NCBI GenBank assembly: GCA_000165425.1
Contig: CT868485.1
Location: forward strand, 372,001-436,000
Reading direction: 5' to 3'
From: Paramecium tetraurelia
Taxonomy: Eukaryota
DNA length: 64,000 nucleotides
The notes below the pieces were generated by a model, which saw only the letters and a program-made list of their open reading frames with translations, had not been told where the DNA came from and searched no databases. Shown here piece after piece: positions 27,241-40,106 of this stretch (its first letter is position 1; every line of letters starts with the position of its first letter). The position numbers and the translations under genes were made by a program.

Positions 27241-28879
27241 ATGAGTCATAGCTCTATGGAATAAAGGGTATGTAGGATTAAAGTAATTTTAGAATGGGTA
27301 GTTGTTAGTGATGACAATCCAAATAGATGACAAACGAAGTGGTAGAATAGATGTATTCGAAGGAGATGATCCTGAAATACTGGCACGGGATTTTTGCATT
27401 AAATATAACTTAAATTAAAGAGTGGCACCATTACTGATAGATAATATTCAGAAACAAATTTCAATAGCACAAAAGGAACGCATGAATATGGTTCAATACG
27501 TAAGAAGTTGAAAATCTATTTAGTTGTCTCAAAAGGAAGCAGAATCAAAGACCAACTGAGTAATCTAGTGAAATACATACTCAGTAATAGGGCTCTTCTC
27601 CAATCATAGCATAATCTCAACAATCCCCAATGAAACAAGAGAGCATAAACTAAACTGTATATGACAGACTATATCAAGATGCTCACAATAAAAAGCTGAA
27701 AAAACAATTGCAATTATCAGAAAACAAGTCTAGCAGTTAGATTATGAAATCTCAAGAATCAGAAGTGAATTATGGTTTGATACTCTATTAAAAGGGAATT
27801 CAAAAAAAAGAAGAGAAATTACAAAAGGCTGAAAGTGCAAGAAAAGACTTACAAAAATCTTAACTTGTTGAATGTACTCACAAACCTCAAATCAATTCTC
27901 TCTCATCTAAAATTGCATAACGCTCCCCTAAACCAGTCGGTGAACATTTAAATGAATTAGCAAAGATAATATAAGAGAAAAGAGAGAATGCTCAAAATTA
28001 TAAGTTGGAATTGGAATAACAGAGTTGTTCTTTTCATCCTTAAATCAATAGAGTGTATATTATACCAATATATTTTAAGTTCCTCTTCAATTGTCGACGA
28101 GAAAAAGAAATAATCCTAAATAGCAATCCCTCATTACGAATCATTGTATTAAGATATGGATGTGAAACAACAAAAATTGAATGAATTAGATAGAAATTAT
28201 TTTACTTAGAAACATACATTTCATCCCAAAATTGATTAAATATCTGAACAATTAGTTTAAGGTCTAAGTTTTGAAGAAAGAAGACAAAAGTTTAGACACA
28301 AATCCAAAGAAAGAAATTCCAGTGCTGATGAAAGCAATATGTTTAGACCAAGGACAGGAAGGCCACCTGAATAAAGGCCAGAAAATTTGTTTGATAATCT
28401 ATATAAAGATGCTTAATTATTAGCTTAAAAAAGGGCAGCAGTTTTATCTTGCAGCAAAGAAAGAATGATGAATTAATCAAAAGTAAGAGCCAGTTAGAAA
28501 TCTGAATTCTTAACACAACAAGCTATTATAAATTCTCTTGCCAATATTTTTGATTTGATTGATACTGATGATGACGGCGAAATAGATGCCATTAGAATAA
28601 ATCTAGGAAATCTTAATTAAACTGTCATTCAAATACTCTAACCACTATTCTCTGAAATGGAAGAAGGTAGGCATGTTCTTTCTAAAAGTGAATTCATTGA
28701 ATCTGCAATGAGATTAGTATACACTCTTTCAAACAAAGAAAAACATGACTTATTGAAGAAGCCGAACTCAAAAAAATCTGATGTACCAACCTATACTTTT
28801 CAAGTGTAACATTTTCATTAATTTTTAGCCATCAATCAATTAAAGACCTTTAAAACATTCTGGATCGAAAAATAGATGA
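27241..28879 (+). CDS. Ciliate coiled-coil protein with xFxPxI repeats and EF-hand
   Basis: N-terminal IDVFEGDDPEILARDFCIKYNL; repeats CTHKPQIN, CSFHPQIN, HTFHPKID; EF-hand IFDLIDTDDDGEID; several short introns. Confidence 0.75.
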
Positions 28880-29254
28880 AAGTTTACAGTAATTTATTTG
28901 TTTAAGATTATTGAATTACATAATTTATTATTCTCCAACAGTTTGTCAATTATGTTGTTGCAATTAATCTATCAACAAATTTTAACTAAATATTGAAATA
29001 AAACAAAATAAATTTTTATTAATTATTATTTATTAATACTTTTTTTCATTGGTCATAAAATTATATTTATTTATTTCTGACAAGTTGCTTTCTTGATTTA
29101 TTATTCTCAAAATCGAAATCTCAACACTTCTTTGATTTAGATCACCAATTAGATCAGTTCTTCGTTAAATTCTTAATTTTGCTATAAAACTATTGAAAAG
29201 TATCTATTATTTAATTAAATCAATAAATATTTTAATTAACATTTTGAAAGCGAT

Positions 29255-29780
29255 ATGAATTGCTTAAATATTGAGAACAACAAATTTATGAAGAGAGCAA
29301 TGGAACGCAAATCTCAAAGAGAGATTCCTCTGACTCCAACAATTGTTCTATCAGACAAAGAAATTGAAATAGACGACTTAGATTCTCCGACTACCTTAAA
29401 TTTATAAATACCAATCTTTAGTCCAACTAAAATGATTTTTTCTTTACCTAAATCTACCGGTACAATCAAATGATGTTATCTCCTACATATCTTATATTAA
29501 CTTAATTCAAATTATAACCAAGTCATTTTCTTTAGTGTGTAACCATCCCCCTCAATACTGATCCTTCGAGAGAAGGAATAGATTTCTTAATCTTTTCGAA
29601 TTCAAGAATAGAATAGGATCAAAGATTTAAATAAATAGAGCAATACCCATAATTTATTAAACTTGATTTCAGAATTAAAAAACAAAGAATTTTTAAAAGT
29701 TGACTTTAAATTGAAAAAAATAAAATAAACTTTCATAGTGATAAAAACAAAGTACATTAATAGAGTCAATTTTTAAAGGG
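29255..29780 (+). pseudogene. ORF interrupted by an in-frame TGA (pseudogene, or 72-aa protein)
   Basis: ATG 29255 gives MNCLNIENN...; TGA at 29471-29473; the same frame stays open and coding-like for about 100 codons downstream. Confidence 0.4.
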
Positions 29781-29781
29781 G

Positions 29782-31319
29782 TCAGTTCATAATTTTTGAT
29801 AATTTAATTAGTTAAATATACACTAAGGTTTCTTTTTCTAGAGGAATTTTTAGACTGTTCTCCAGTTCATTTTCAATGCCTTAAGTTAAAAATCTGACTA
29901 TCTGTTACTCATGAAATGATAACTTAATAATATTTTCTATTCATACTTAATGATTCATTATCTATTATCTTTATTATTGTTCTTTTGAAATGGCCACCAA
30001 TTCTGCTAAAAGGCTGGCAATTTATTCAAAAGCTTATCTATTTTATTTTGCTTACAACTCCAATCTTTTTATGTGAGTCTAATATTTTTGAAAGGATGGT
30101 ATGTTATAACCTTTTGGATTTGGTTTCATATTCTTTAGATTGTCTTTTATCTGCTATTCATAATAGGCATTAATTTTTGAGATTCGATTTTAATGTTTGA
30201 ATAAGATTGGCATTGTTGAAATGTAATCCTTCAATAATAATTATATGCCATATTTAAAAACTATAAATAGTCCTTCCAAATCATTTTAAATTTGTAATCT
30301 TTCAGCCAAATCAATCCAATATGATAAAGCCTCCTATCTTTTGTATTTACAAGCACTTTTCACAACTGAGTAAATTATGTATTATGAGAGAGTGTTGATT
30401 CTTTTGAAATACTAGTTTAAATTATAATAGTACATATTTAAGTCCTCCTTTGACAACAACATTTCTAATCTGCAAATCAGCATAAAAGGCTTAATTAATC
30501 GTGCTTAATATTTTGGCTACTTCTTCAGGATTCCAAGGAAATACTTCATTTTCTTTCAGGAGTGGGAGTGGCTTAGAGTGTTAGCTGATTCCTAGTCCCA
30601 AATAGGGTTTTGATTGTTGATCGTCTTCAAATTTTGATTTGGAAATGGTTTGAATGGTTTATTCTACAAATGCAATAAAGATTTTATCATTCTTTAATTC
30701 ATTAAAGCGAAATTAAAAAATGAGGTTGAAGAATACCGGAATAGAATTCTAACATGAAACGTAGTTGGCCATATCCATTTAATTTTCATTTTGAATCCAT
30801 TTCCAAATGAGATACATTGAAAAGGTAAATAGATTTGTAAAGTAATCAACAGTTAATACTATGCCTTTTTTTATATTGCAATCTTCATTTTAAATTTCTT
30901 TTTCTATCAACGAATTGAAAGCACAGTCTTTGAAAAAGGTATCCAAATCAATGCATTTTGATGTGAAATGTTCCAACCAATCTTCTTAGGATTTGAAGAC
31001 AAAACTAAATGATTACTTAGCAGCTTCAGATAAGATGTCCAAATCTAAAATTTATGTGTCTTTTTGTACCTAAACATTTTGAATAATTATGTTGCATACA
31101 TTCATCTGGCAAAGTTCGAGAGGATTGCAAACTAGATGAAGAGTAAGCAGAATTGCATTAATGATGCCGTCTGAGATCCATAAAAGGGTCAGAGCCATCT
31201 GAAAATTGGGAGTAAAAGCTAGCAGCTATTCTCTATGTTTAAGCATCATAGGTTTTAGCTTTTATGATTTCACTGTCTTCATTTTCAGGACAAAAGAATA
31301 GTGAATTTTATTCTTGCAT
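29782..31319 (-). CDS. RasGEF (CDC25-type) domain protein
   Basis: WNPEEVAKILSTINQAFY...RINTLSQYIIYSVV...RQEALSYWIDLAERLQILNDLEGLFIV follows the RasGEF catalytic-domain pattern; short introns. Confidence 0.75.
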
Positions 31320-31509
31320 ATTCTTTCTCTTAATATTTATATGAGTGTTTTATTAATTAAAATTAAATGAATATCCACTTCAATTAAAACCAATATAGCA
31401 TAATATTGAGAGGAATTTTGGTGATTACTAAATAGAACCATATTGTACTTTATATGCGAATTATTTAAAAGGTGAGAATAATAAATTTACATATCAATGA
31501 AAAAAACGA

Positions 31510-31863
31510 TCAAAATTTGACTTTCTTTCTGCATGTATCGATCTACTTGGGACGGGTTTCAGTTTTATCGCTAACACTGTCATCATTTCGAATTTGATTT
31601 TATATGATTTCATCTTTGTGTCTGATGATCTCTTGTAATTTCGCAATCTCCTAATAGCATTTCTGTGACTCGTTTTGCATGCTCTAATTGTAATGCTTTG
31701 GCTTATTAGGCTTTTTAATGTTACTCTTTAAAAGTTCATTCTCCTATCGTAAAAGCTTCAATTGGGTTTCTGCAATCTCCAACTAATTTTTGATGCTCTC
31801 CACTTACTTTTCTAAAGCAAACATTTCATTTATGGTTTCTCTGCAATGTTCACAATGTTCCAT
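31510..31863 (-). CDS. Small coiled-coil protein (117 aa) ending RKKVKF
   Basis: Intronless 354-nt code-6 ORF: MEHCEHCRE...coiled coil...CRKKVKF-TGA. Confidence 0.7.
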
Positions 31864-32066
31864 TAATTAAAAATTTATATAAATATTATTAAATTTATCA
31901 ATAAAAGAATTTGGTAATAATAAATTTGGTTCTCTATAATTTTTAAATGCATTTTAATCACATTTGATAAATCTTATTTAATCATTACTTTTTATAGTGT
32001 TTCAAGTCTCACTACCAAATTGATTAAACATTAATAAATTAAAATTTAAATAATCCCTCCCAAATT

Positions 32067-33011
32067 ATGCAATTAAGAAGTGGTGTACTCAAGAAGCCCC
32101 CAACTAGAAATTACATCTCAGGGTATCAAATATTTTATGCGACCAAATTGCCTGAGTTGAAAAAGGAGGGCAAATTTTAAGTGGGAGATGCAGGTCATAA
32201 GATCTCCGAAATGTGGAGAGGTTTGGACGATGACGACAGGTAGAAATTCGAAGACTAGTTCCAAGAAATGGAATCCAAATATAAGGAAGACCTGATACTC
32301 TATTATGGAGGGAACACACAAGACATCAAGAAATACAAGGCATTGATGGAAATTCCAGAGAAGCCCAGAAAACCTGCTTCTGCATGTCTAGTATACATCG
32401 CAGAACATAGGAAGGATTTCGGTAATGAAAATCCTGATATGAATATGGCGAAAGTGACTAAGGTTTTGGCAGACAAATATAGTGCTCTTTCAAATAAGGA
32501 TAAAAAAAAGTATGAGGATGATTTTCAAAGGAAATTGGAATAATACCATAAAGAAATAGAGATTTGGCAAAAGTAAGAATTCATATTGAAGCCATAGAAA
32601 ATTTGCTGAAAAATAAGAATAATTTGATAAATTGATTGAAGAAAAATTTAAACGATCCGCTTCAAAATAAGACTTGGAATATTAGGAATTGCCACCATAT
32701 AAAAGAGGACCTAAAAAGATGAAAGATGAAGAGGAGACAGCTGGAATAAAGATTGAATAGAAAGAAAAGGAGGTTAAGAAGGAGGAAAGGAAAGAGGAAA
32801 GGAAAGAGGATAAAAAAGATGATAAAAAGGACGATAAAGATAAGTATGTATTGTTAATAATGTTACAGTAAAAAAAATACAAAAAATACCAAAGATGAAG
32901 GTAAAGTTGTATAGAATAAAGGAGAATCAAAGAAATAGTTAGAAAAAGATTAAAAAGATGGACAAATGAGAAGAAAATCCGGTTAAAGAAGATGCTGAGA
33001 AATTTCACTGA
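32067..33011 (+). CDS. Two-HMG-box protein with charged K/E/D tail
   Basis: KPPTRNYISGYQIFY...ISEMWRGLDDDDRQKF (box 1) and KPRKPASACLVYIAEHR...KYSALSNKDKKKY (box 2); two short introns. Confidence 0.9.
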
Positions 33012-33115
33012 AATATTTTTTAATAAATTTTCTGTTAAACCATATAAAATTTATAGAAAAGCTGCTGGATATGCAAATTAGGAGGATAACAAATACATAT
33101 AGATACTCATTTTAC

Positions 33116-33322
33116 TCAAAGTCTAAGTCGGCAACTCATGGTAAGAAGTTCATTGATTTCTTTCTCTTTTTCTTCTTGTAAGGAAGGCAGAATATCAAAT
33201 TTAAAGGCTATTAGGTTATGTATGTTCAAATGATTGTTTTTAATAATGCTTGTAGCAATCAATGATCTAAATTAGTATTTGATCACTTGAGTGGTAGCTT
33301 TAGCAATGAATTTGCAAAACAT
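33116..33322 (-). CDS. 68-aa small protein with mitochondrial-presequence-like N-terminus
   Basis: 207-nt code-6 ORF: MFCKFIAKATTQVIKYQFRSLIATSIIK...LTMSCRLRL-TGA. Confidence 0.5.
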
Positions 33323-33347
33323 ATAATAATATTTATAATAATGATAT

Positions 33348-34759
33348 TCATTCTATTTATAACAGCATATCCTCTACTTATTATTTTTTTTGATAAAACT
33401 CCAACCCATTTCCTTTGATTAATTCGAAATCAAGCCCAACAGTGGATTCCATGGGGCCATGTACTAACTATATAGCCATTTCAAACTCTTCATTATTTTA
33501 TATAAACCAGTAATGTAGCTATTATAACAATTTTAATGTTACTCTATATTTTTTGTCATCGACATAATTAATCTTGTTGGCAAATTTGTCCATATTTTCA
33601 ATGAGTTTAACAAAAATAAGATTAGGTTCAAATGGAAGAATGACATCTGTCTATTTGAATCGTTTTAATTCTCGTTTTAGTGTTAAATCTATGGTGATGT
33701 CCTCCTCTCCTCTTTTGAAATTTCCAATTCCAACAGTCACTAAATTAAAAATGGATGCATACATTATTAATTTTAATTAGCTGCTTATCTTTTTTATTTG
33801 TCAAGCAACTTCTACAAGTTTTCTTTATCTTATTATGCTTGAATTTTTAATTTACGTGCATTTAGCAATTTAACAACTATTTCATTGCTAATGGTGGTTC
33901 CTTGATACCAAGAAGTACTAATGATTTCAGAAAGAGTGGGTCTTTAGAGTGGATCAAAGGCTAGCATAGAATTAATGAGAGTCTTGAGTTCATTAGAGAA
34001 TCTTGGAATTCCAGATTTCTCTTTGTAAGCCCAAAACTAATCAAACCGATTTGTGCAAATGAGATTATACAATTAATCCTTTGCATTTGCTTGTTTGAAT
34101 GGCAATTGAGCAGTCATCATTAAATATAAAATAATACCAGCTGCAAATATATCAACACTTTGTCCTACATATTTTTATCTAACCAATATTTCTGGAGCCA
34201 TGTAACTAATAGTGCCCTTGAAAGATGCCAATACTCCATCTCCTTAATTGCCTCCAACAAATGTAGCAAATCCCAGATCAGATACTTTGAGTTATCCATC
34301 TTTAAATAATATGTTTTCTGGCTTTAAATCTCTGTGAGCGAGACCTTAGCCGTGTAAATACGACAGCACATCAATAAGCTAATGGAAGAATGTTCGAGCA
34401 GTTTCTTCTTTGAATGGCCCAGTTTGAGAAAGGTATTCATACAATTCTCCATCCTTCATATAATCATAAACTAAACAAGATTTTATTTCCTTCTTGCCAC
34501 TTCTTTTGGTGTATTCCTCATTCACATGAAAATTCAATAGTTTAATCAAATTTTTATGATTTAATCCCCTGTGAATTTACATTTCTTTTTCAATTTCTTT
34601 TGAAAATTAAACAAATTTCAATGCTACTTCCTTCTCTCCATCCAAAGCCAATTTAACTCTAAGAAATATAATGTTTAATTACTTTCCTTGAGCACCTTTA
34701 CCCAAGGTTTGCTTAACTGTGTAATGAATATATTTGGCAAATGACTTTTCAATCTCCAT
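33348..34759 (-). CDS. Ser/Thr protein kinase (CAMK/SNF1-like) with KA1-like C-terminus
   Basis: LGKGAQGKV, VALK, HRDLKPENIL, DLG, GTISYMAPE, DIFAAG; C-terminal DFELIKGNGLEFYQK; short introns. Confidence 0.93.
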
Positions 34760-34829
34760 TTTATTTTTATAAAAGAAAATTCTTAAATTATTAATAAAAA
34801 TAAAATGAAAATATTTGCTATTATTACTA

Positions 34830-35859
34830 TCAGATTCTCTAATGATATTAATTTAGTTCATAATATGGATTTTCTTCTGCCTCTATTTCGAATCCTGCCA
34901 CTTCAATATAGGATTTGTGATTGAGCAAAAGGTAGGAACTTAGTAAATAACATTATATAGTACACTGAAATTAAACAAATGCAAATGCCAACAATGCTGA
35001 GCATATCAAATTGATGTCCAATTTGTAAGGCAGCACCACTCATATTGATGAGCATGAAAATAGCCAAATTCATTGAGGGGTACCCAATTTGAAAAGCGTG
35101 TAGAAACAATGTGCAACAGAGGGGAAATAAGACTCCATTAATAATGGAATAGGTTACGAGTTCAACATTGAAAGTTCCAAACTTATGAATTGGATAATAC
35201 AATCCAAGTACTGTTATGGTGTATATCATAACATATTGGGTAATTGTATGAGTTCTTACTTTCTTGACTTTTTTTAAATTATGACCTATTAGTACCATCG
35301 ATGCTGCTCCAATCCATCCGAACAGTATCCCCAGGAATTGAAAGGTCCATTCAAATGTGCAAAGGATTGCTCCAACAGATATACCCTAGGAATTACAATT
35401 GATAGTTTACAATGAAGCATATCAATTCCTTCTTTTAATATATTTCGCCCATAAGATGAGTTTCATTAATGGCTTGGGCAATCCACCCTTTGATTAGAAT
35501 GATTGAATAAAATGGCATAACATTATATTTATAACTAAGCAATGCACTTAAGACCAAGACAGCAAATCCTAAGCCAATTAAATGAATCTCTTGACTTACA
35601 TAGACCTACTGTTGAGAACAGAGTTTTATTAGGCAATAATTGATCACAATGCTACAACATAAAGTGATTGTGACATATTGAAATGGTTCAGCCTTCCTGA
35701 ATTGAAACATAATTCATACCCCAACAATAACTCTCCAAAAATGATATTGTTTCCCAAGTAAATCACAAAAATTATGGAGTAAAATATCGGAGCCAAAGTC
35801 TTAAGTTTGTTGTCAATATGAAAAATAGTAATCATATACAAATCAACTTCTTAATTCAT
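34830..35859 (-). CDS. Multi-pass membrane protein, DMT/EamA-like transporter
   Basis: About 9-10 hydrophobic segments after splicing three 23-25-nt introns; ends EENPYYELNQYHQRI-TGA. Confidence 0.6.
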
Positions 35860-35899
35860 ATATATTATTATATTATTATTATCATAATAATTCAGGCCT

Positions 35900-36327
35900 T
35901 TTCATAATTATTCCTACTCTAAATCGCCTCTACTTTATATATCCTTTTTATTCAATTCTACCAACTCTGACCATTCCATATTAATAATTCCAAGCATATA
36001 GTCTTAAGTGAAGGATCGTTAATGGTACCATTGTAATTTAGAATAACCAATTATAAACTAATTTCCAACCACTTCCATGCTTTATATAATAGTCAATCCT
36101 TAATTCTGAACTTGTTCGAGCAACTAAGGTTATTTTAAGTCTCTTATATGAAAATTTAATTGCAAATTATTTTCCTATTCCATCTCAGTAATGAATACCC
36201 AAGTCCTTTTCCGTATTTTCTTAGATTTGCACTAGGCCTGAATAATTTCCATTCAAAATATAGCATGTGCATTTTAATAAACCAATTAACCCAACTCAGA
36301 GTAAGCTTTAATAAATTCTGAAAACAT
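35900..36327 (-). pseudogene. Decayed short-chain dehydrogenase (HSD17B12/3-ketoacyl-CoA reductase-like)
   Basis: Frameshifted fragments RPSANLRKYGKG / TWVFIT / DGIGKQFAIKFSYKRLKITLVARTSSEL; the TGxxxGIG motif is broken by a deletion. Confidence 0.65.
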
Positions 36328-36337
36328 AAATAAATAT

Positions 36338-36895
36338 ATGAAATCTCTAGAAGGTTGTTTCATGCAGCCCTTTAAATAGGTTAAAGAGGCCCGATACCTT
36401 TAAATAAACAATACTAATTGGAAATCAAACAATTGGGTTGTGAATAAAGGATCCTTTAATTACAATTCCTTTAGTCAGAAGAGAGAATATCTTTATAAAA
36501 TAATGTTAGAAATATGGAAGTTAACTGGACCATAAGGCTTACTTTAAAATAAAGTAGAAGGCTAAGGGGGCTGTTTATTCGAAAATGTTGAAAGTTTTTT
36601 CAAGAGTATAACATCCTCTACTTTTTAATAAAATATAGTAAAAGCTCTTATTGATTTATCGGAGAAGATGAAAGAAGGAAGAGAAATCACAATTGAGGAT
36701 CAAAAGGAGTTTTTAAATTAAATAAAATGCGATGCACAAAACACGGATAATAGTTTGTAAAATAAAAAAAAAATGAAAGCCCAAAAAAAATTAGTTGGGT
36801 TGCTACAGTAATAGGACTAGACATAGGATCAAATTACAGAAAGTTTTACAAATATATAGAAGAATCTGATAGAAATATTTTTAAAAGAGAATTGA
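36338..36895 (+). CDS. Hypothetical protein (possibly decaying)
   Basis: Code-6 ORF from ATG 36338 (MKSLEGCFMQ) to TGA 36893-36895; no recognisable motif. Confidence 0.4.
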
Positions 36896-37047
36896 TCTAA
36901 ATTGTATGTTTTAAATCGATATTTTAACAGCATCTATTTTTATACTTAAATTGCTGCAAAGGTAACTCTGACGCCATAAATGAGATCATTGGCTAGCTAA
37001 TATCATTTAATTAATCTAACAAAATTAATTTTTTTATTATTATTTAC

Positions 37048-37885
37048 ATGCTATCAGAAACAAATAAGGAAGTATAAAAAGATTAAAATGTTGTACCACA
37101 ATTAAATCAAACTCCAAGTAGTACTTATTTTGTTTACAATTGTTACATACCAGTAGTGCAGGATTATATGAGTCAGCCTCCTCCTCTGCAGGTTAGGAAC
37201 TCAAGTAAAAATCCAAATTTAATAATTAAGGTGAGTCCTTCCCTCAGTTAATCAAAAATAATGACAGTATTCAAATGTCGCATTTGGCTCCTGGAGTTTC
37301 AATTCCAAGTTTTCAATTCGGGGCATCTGCTCCTTTTGTTACTCCAGATGATGTTATGAGAAATGTGTAGCCTGCCCAGAATCATTTTGCTTCATTTATC
37401 TTGAATGAGTAATTGAAGACACAGAACCAACCAACTAAAAACAGAATAATAGAGGGAACCCAAACTCTCTGTGACATAGAAATCGTATTAATATCGCGAT
37501 ATTTTGACATGAAGGCTCATGTAATGTAATTAATATTACAGAAAGGTATTTTGTCCTCCAAATAACAAGTATACTCTTAAGGAGGACACCAATATCTCCA
37601 ATGCTGAATGGTTGAAGGATCGAATGCTGTTTCGCTACAAAAAACCTGTATGATGATTCATTTATCAATTAGATTAAGGAATCTTTCTCAGATATGATTG
37701 ATTAATTGGAGAAGGAAGGCGAGATCAATTTCAAGACCATGATTCATCCAGTCAAATTTGCTTAAGGAGGATTCGATAACATTGAGAGGCAAGTGCCTAA
37801 GTCTGTGAAGAGTGAGAAGCCATTTCCAGTTTTTATATTTGAGATACAATAATTAATTTCCTAGTTCCTATTCACTAAGTATTGA
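37048..37885 (+). CDS. Hypothetical protein
   Basis: ATG 37048; three plausible 25-26-nt introns join open frames that end QFLFTKY-TGA. Confidence 0.6.
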
Positions 37886-37915
37886 ATCTATTAAATATAC
37901 TAAATTTTATATGTG

Positions 37916-39431
37916 TCATTAAATTTAAGTTCTGCAGGTTGGACAGGTTGTATGTAACAATACCCAATTGATGAGACATTCCTTATGGAAAATGTGAGTA
38001 GGATGGCATGGCAATCCCACCAGCTGTTGATCTAAGAGCAATCTTTCTCTGCAAATAACGCAGTCCCCATTCTCTTCCAAATTGATCGATTTATCAGGGG
38101 ACAATTACAATTTCCGAATTATTTCTCGATGGTTCCTCTCTTCTAATTACTGTAGTTCTGTTTACAAGTATCTACTGAGTGCATTATAATAGGGGTTTTG
38201 GACTATTTCATTTAAGTCGTAAAACCTCAAATCAAACATGGATTCGTATGATTCTAGATGATTCAATTGAACTCTATTTGAATACTTTTTGATGGCATAA
38301 TAAACGTAAATCACCAGTGAAATAACAAAAGAGATGGTATCATTAACCAGGTAAATTTCAATTTTGAAAATGGATTCCTCTATGTATTTGAAGTAGTTTT
38401 TGAGATTGAACGTCAAACAAACTATTACACAGGCAAATGACGATAAGTAAACCATCCCCTTCAAGGTGGTATTCACACAGGATTCATAAAAAAACAGTTT
38501 GTAATACAACATGTAGGCATTTTAAAAGCAACTTAAGTGACGATAATTCACTTTCCTTATCATTCTGAGGAGAATCAAGTGATAGAATTGTTTGATGATC
38601 ATGGCTACACAATATATTATGTACAGGTAGATCACTATTGTTGTTTCGCTCTCAACTGAGTCAATAAAACTGGCAATGACTGCTAATTTTATTTTATAAT
38701 ACATCAGTAAAATGATTGTCATTTTCAACGTATTCCTTTTAGTGTCAATCAACCCTAAGACTACTTTTAAGGAATTTACTTGGTAGGTTAATATACTGAT
38801 ATCCAACTTTAGTCTTCAGGATTGAGCATTCACAATTCCCTGGACTTTGTCGGAAGCAAGAATATATCCAAGCCAACAAGTATAGAACCATGTGCAACAC
38901 ATAGGATATCATTAGCAATGGAAATATCTTGCTGTTTGAGTGTAAGATAAATACGAATTGGCTGAACCAAAAACTCCAAATGAAGGAACTGTACATCAAA
39001 ACATTAATCAAATCGAATTTCTCCTGAAATTTGAACTCCTCTAGGAACTCATAAACACTCTTTTCATATGTAATACACAACAGTTTCAAATTTTCTTTTG
39101 GGACATTCAGAATTTCTGAGTTCGCATTTTTTAAATCCAAATAAATTGCCATATACAATATCAAAGTGAGCAAATGCGAAAACCATTTACTTAATTCGAT
39201 GCCCAACATTTCTGGATCAATCAAACAACTCAAGCTAGTTACAGTGGTTAAAAGCAGCAAAATCGAACTTGCTATGAGGAAGTACCTAATTTTTAACTAA
39301 GCTGCTTTTATCAATAAAATATAGTGTTCCTTAATGCCATCAATCGATCCATAACGACCAGTGCTAGCGCATTATTAATATTAACTCAGCATTCGTTGTT
39401 CCTCATAAGAACATTGTTACTCTATATTCAT
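37916..39431 (-). CDS. Multi-pass membrane RING-H2 E3 ubiquitin ligase
   Basis: Many TM segments, then CVICRERLLLDQQLVGLPCHPTHIFHKECLINWVLLHTTCPTCR. Confidence 0.88.
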
Positions 39432-40106
39432 TTAATATAAATAAAATTTTCATAATGATCACAATCCTTCAAAGAGAGGTCCCCCTCAAATTATCCTCTT
39501 CTGCACTCCTCACCTACGTTAACATTGAAATGCATCTAAGTAACTTATATATGTGGAATATTCATTCCCATAAATTTCACTTTGTTTTAAAGTGAGATAA
39601 TGAATACAATTGTTCCTGTAAGTTGTTAATTGAGATTATTCTTTTTTTTACTATCTCCATCACAGAATTATAAATACTCAGTATTAATTCTTGTTTCCCT
39701 TTCTAAATGCCAAATGATCACTGCACTCCTGTATTTATCAATGTATTCAAAGTATTACCTTGATATTCCAATGGAAGGTAGTATTAATAAATTTTTAACT
39801 GTTTTATAATTAATGAACTCACTATATTTTGTAAAGCTTTTCCATTTAATCCTTCTTCCTATCATTCAGAAAATGAATGCAACATAATAGGATTATTTTA
39901 TAAATTCCAATCTTACCCTATTTGATTCTATATTCGGATTTGACTATGACAATAATAATTCAAAAGTTTAATTTCAAATTAGAAATATTAAATATTATTT
40001 TATATTCAATTGATGAAGTAATTCAAGTTTTAATATAAAAATGATATGTAATTTTATAGAGTAGATATAAAAATAATACTTGTTATTTTTGATTAATCAC
40101 TTATAA

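Noticed and set aside
29461..29541. TA-bounded segment (TACAATC...GTGTGTA) as a possible retained IES
   Set aside because: Ends match the TAYAGYNR consensus poorly, and excision does not restore the long reading frame.
32682..33008. 108-aa ORF with SSFL repeats
   Set aside because: Antisense of the KEER/KKDD charged tail of the HMG-box gene; not a separate gene or repeat element.
34270..34285. DLG instead of DFG in the kinase
   Set aside because: A common tolerated variant; the VAxK, HRD and APE motifs are intact.
39450..40050. Possible decayed kinase-like remnant on the minus strand
   Set aside because: Only vague peptide resemblance with many stops; not supportable.
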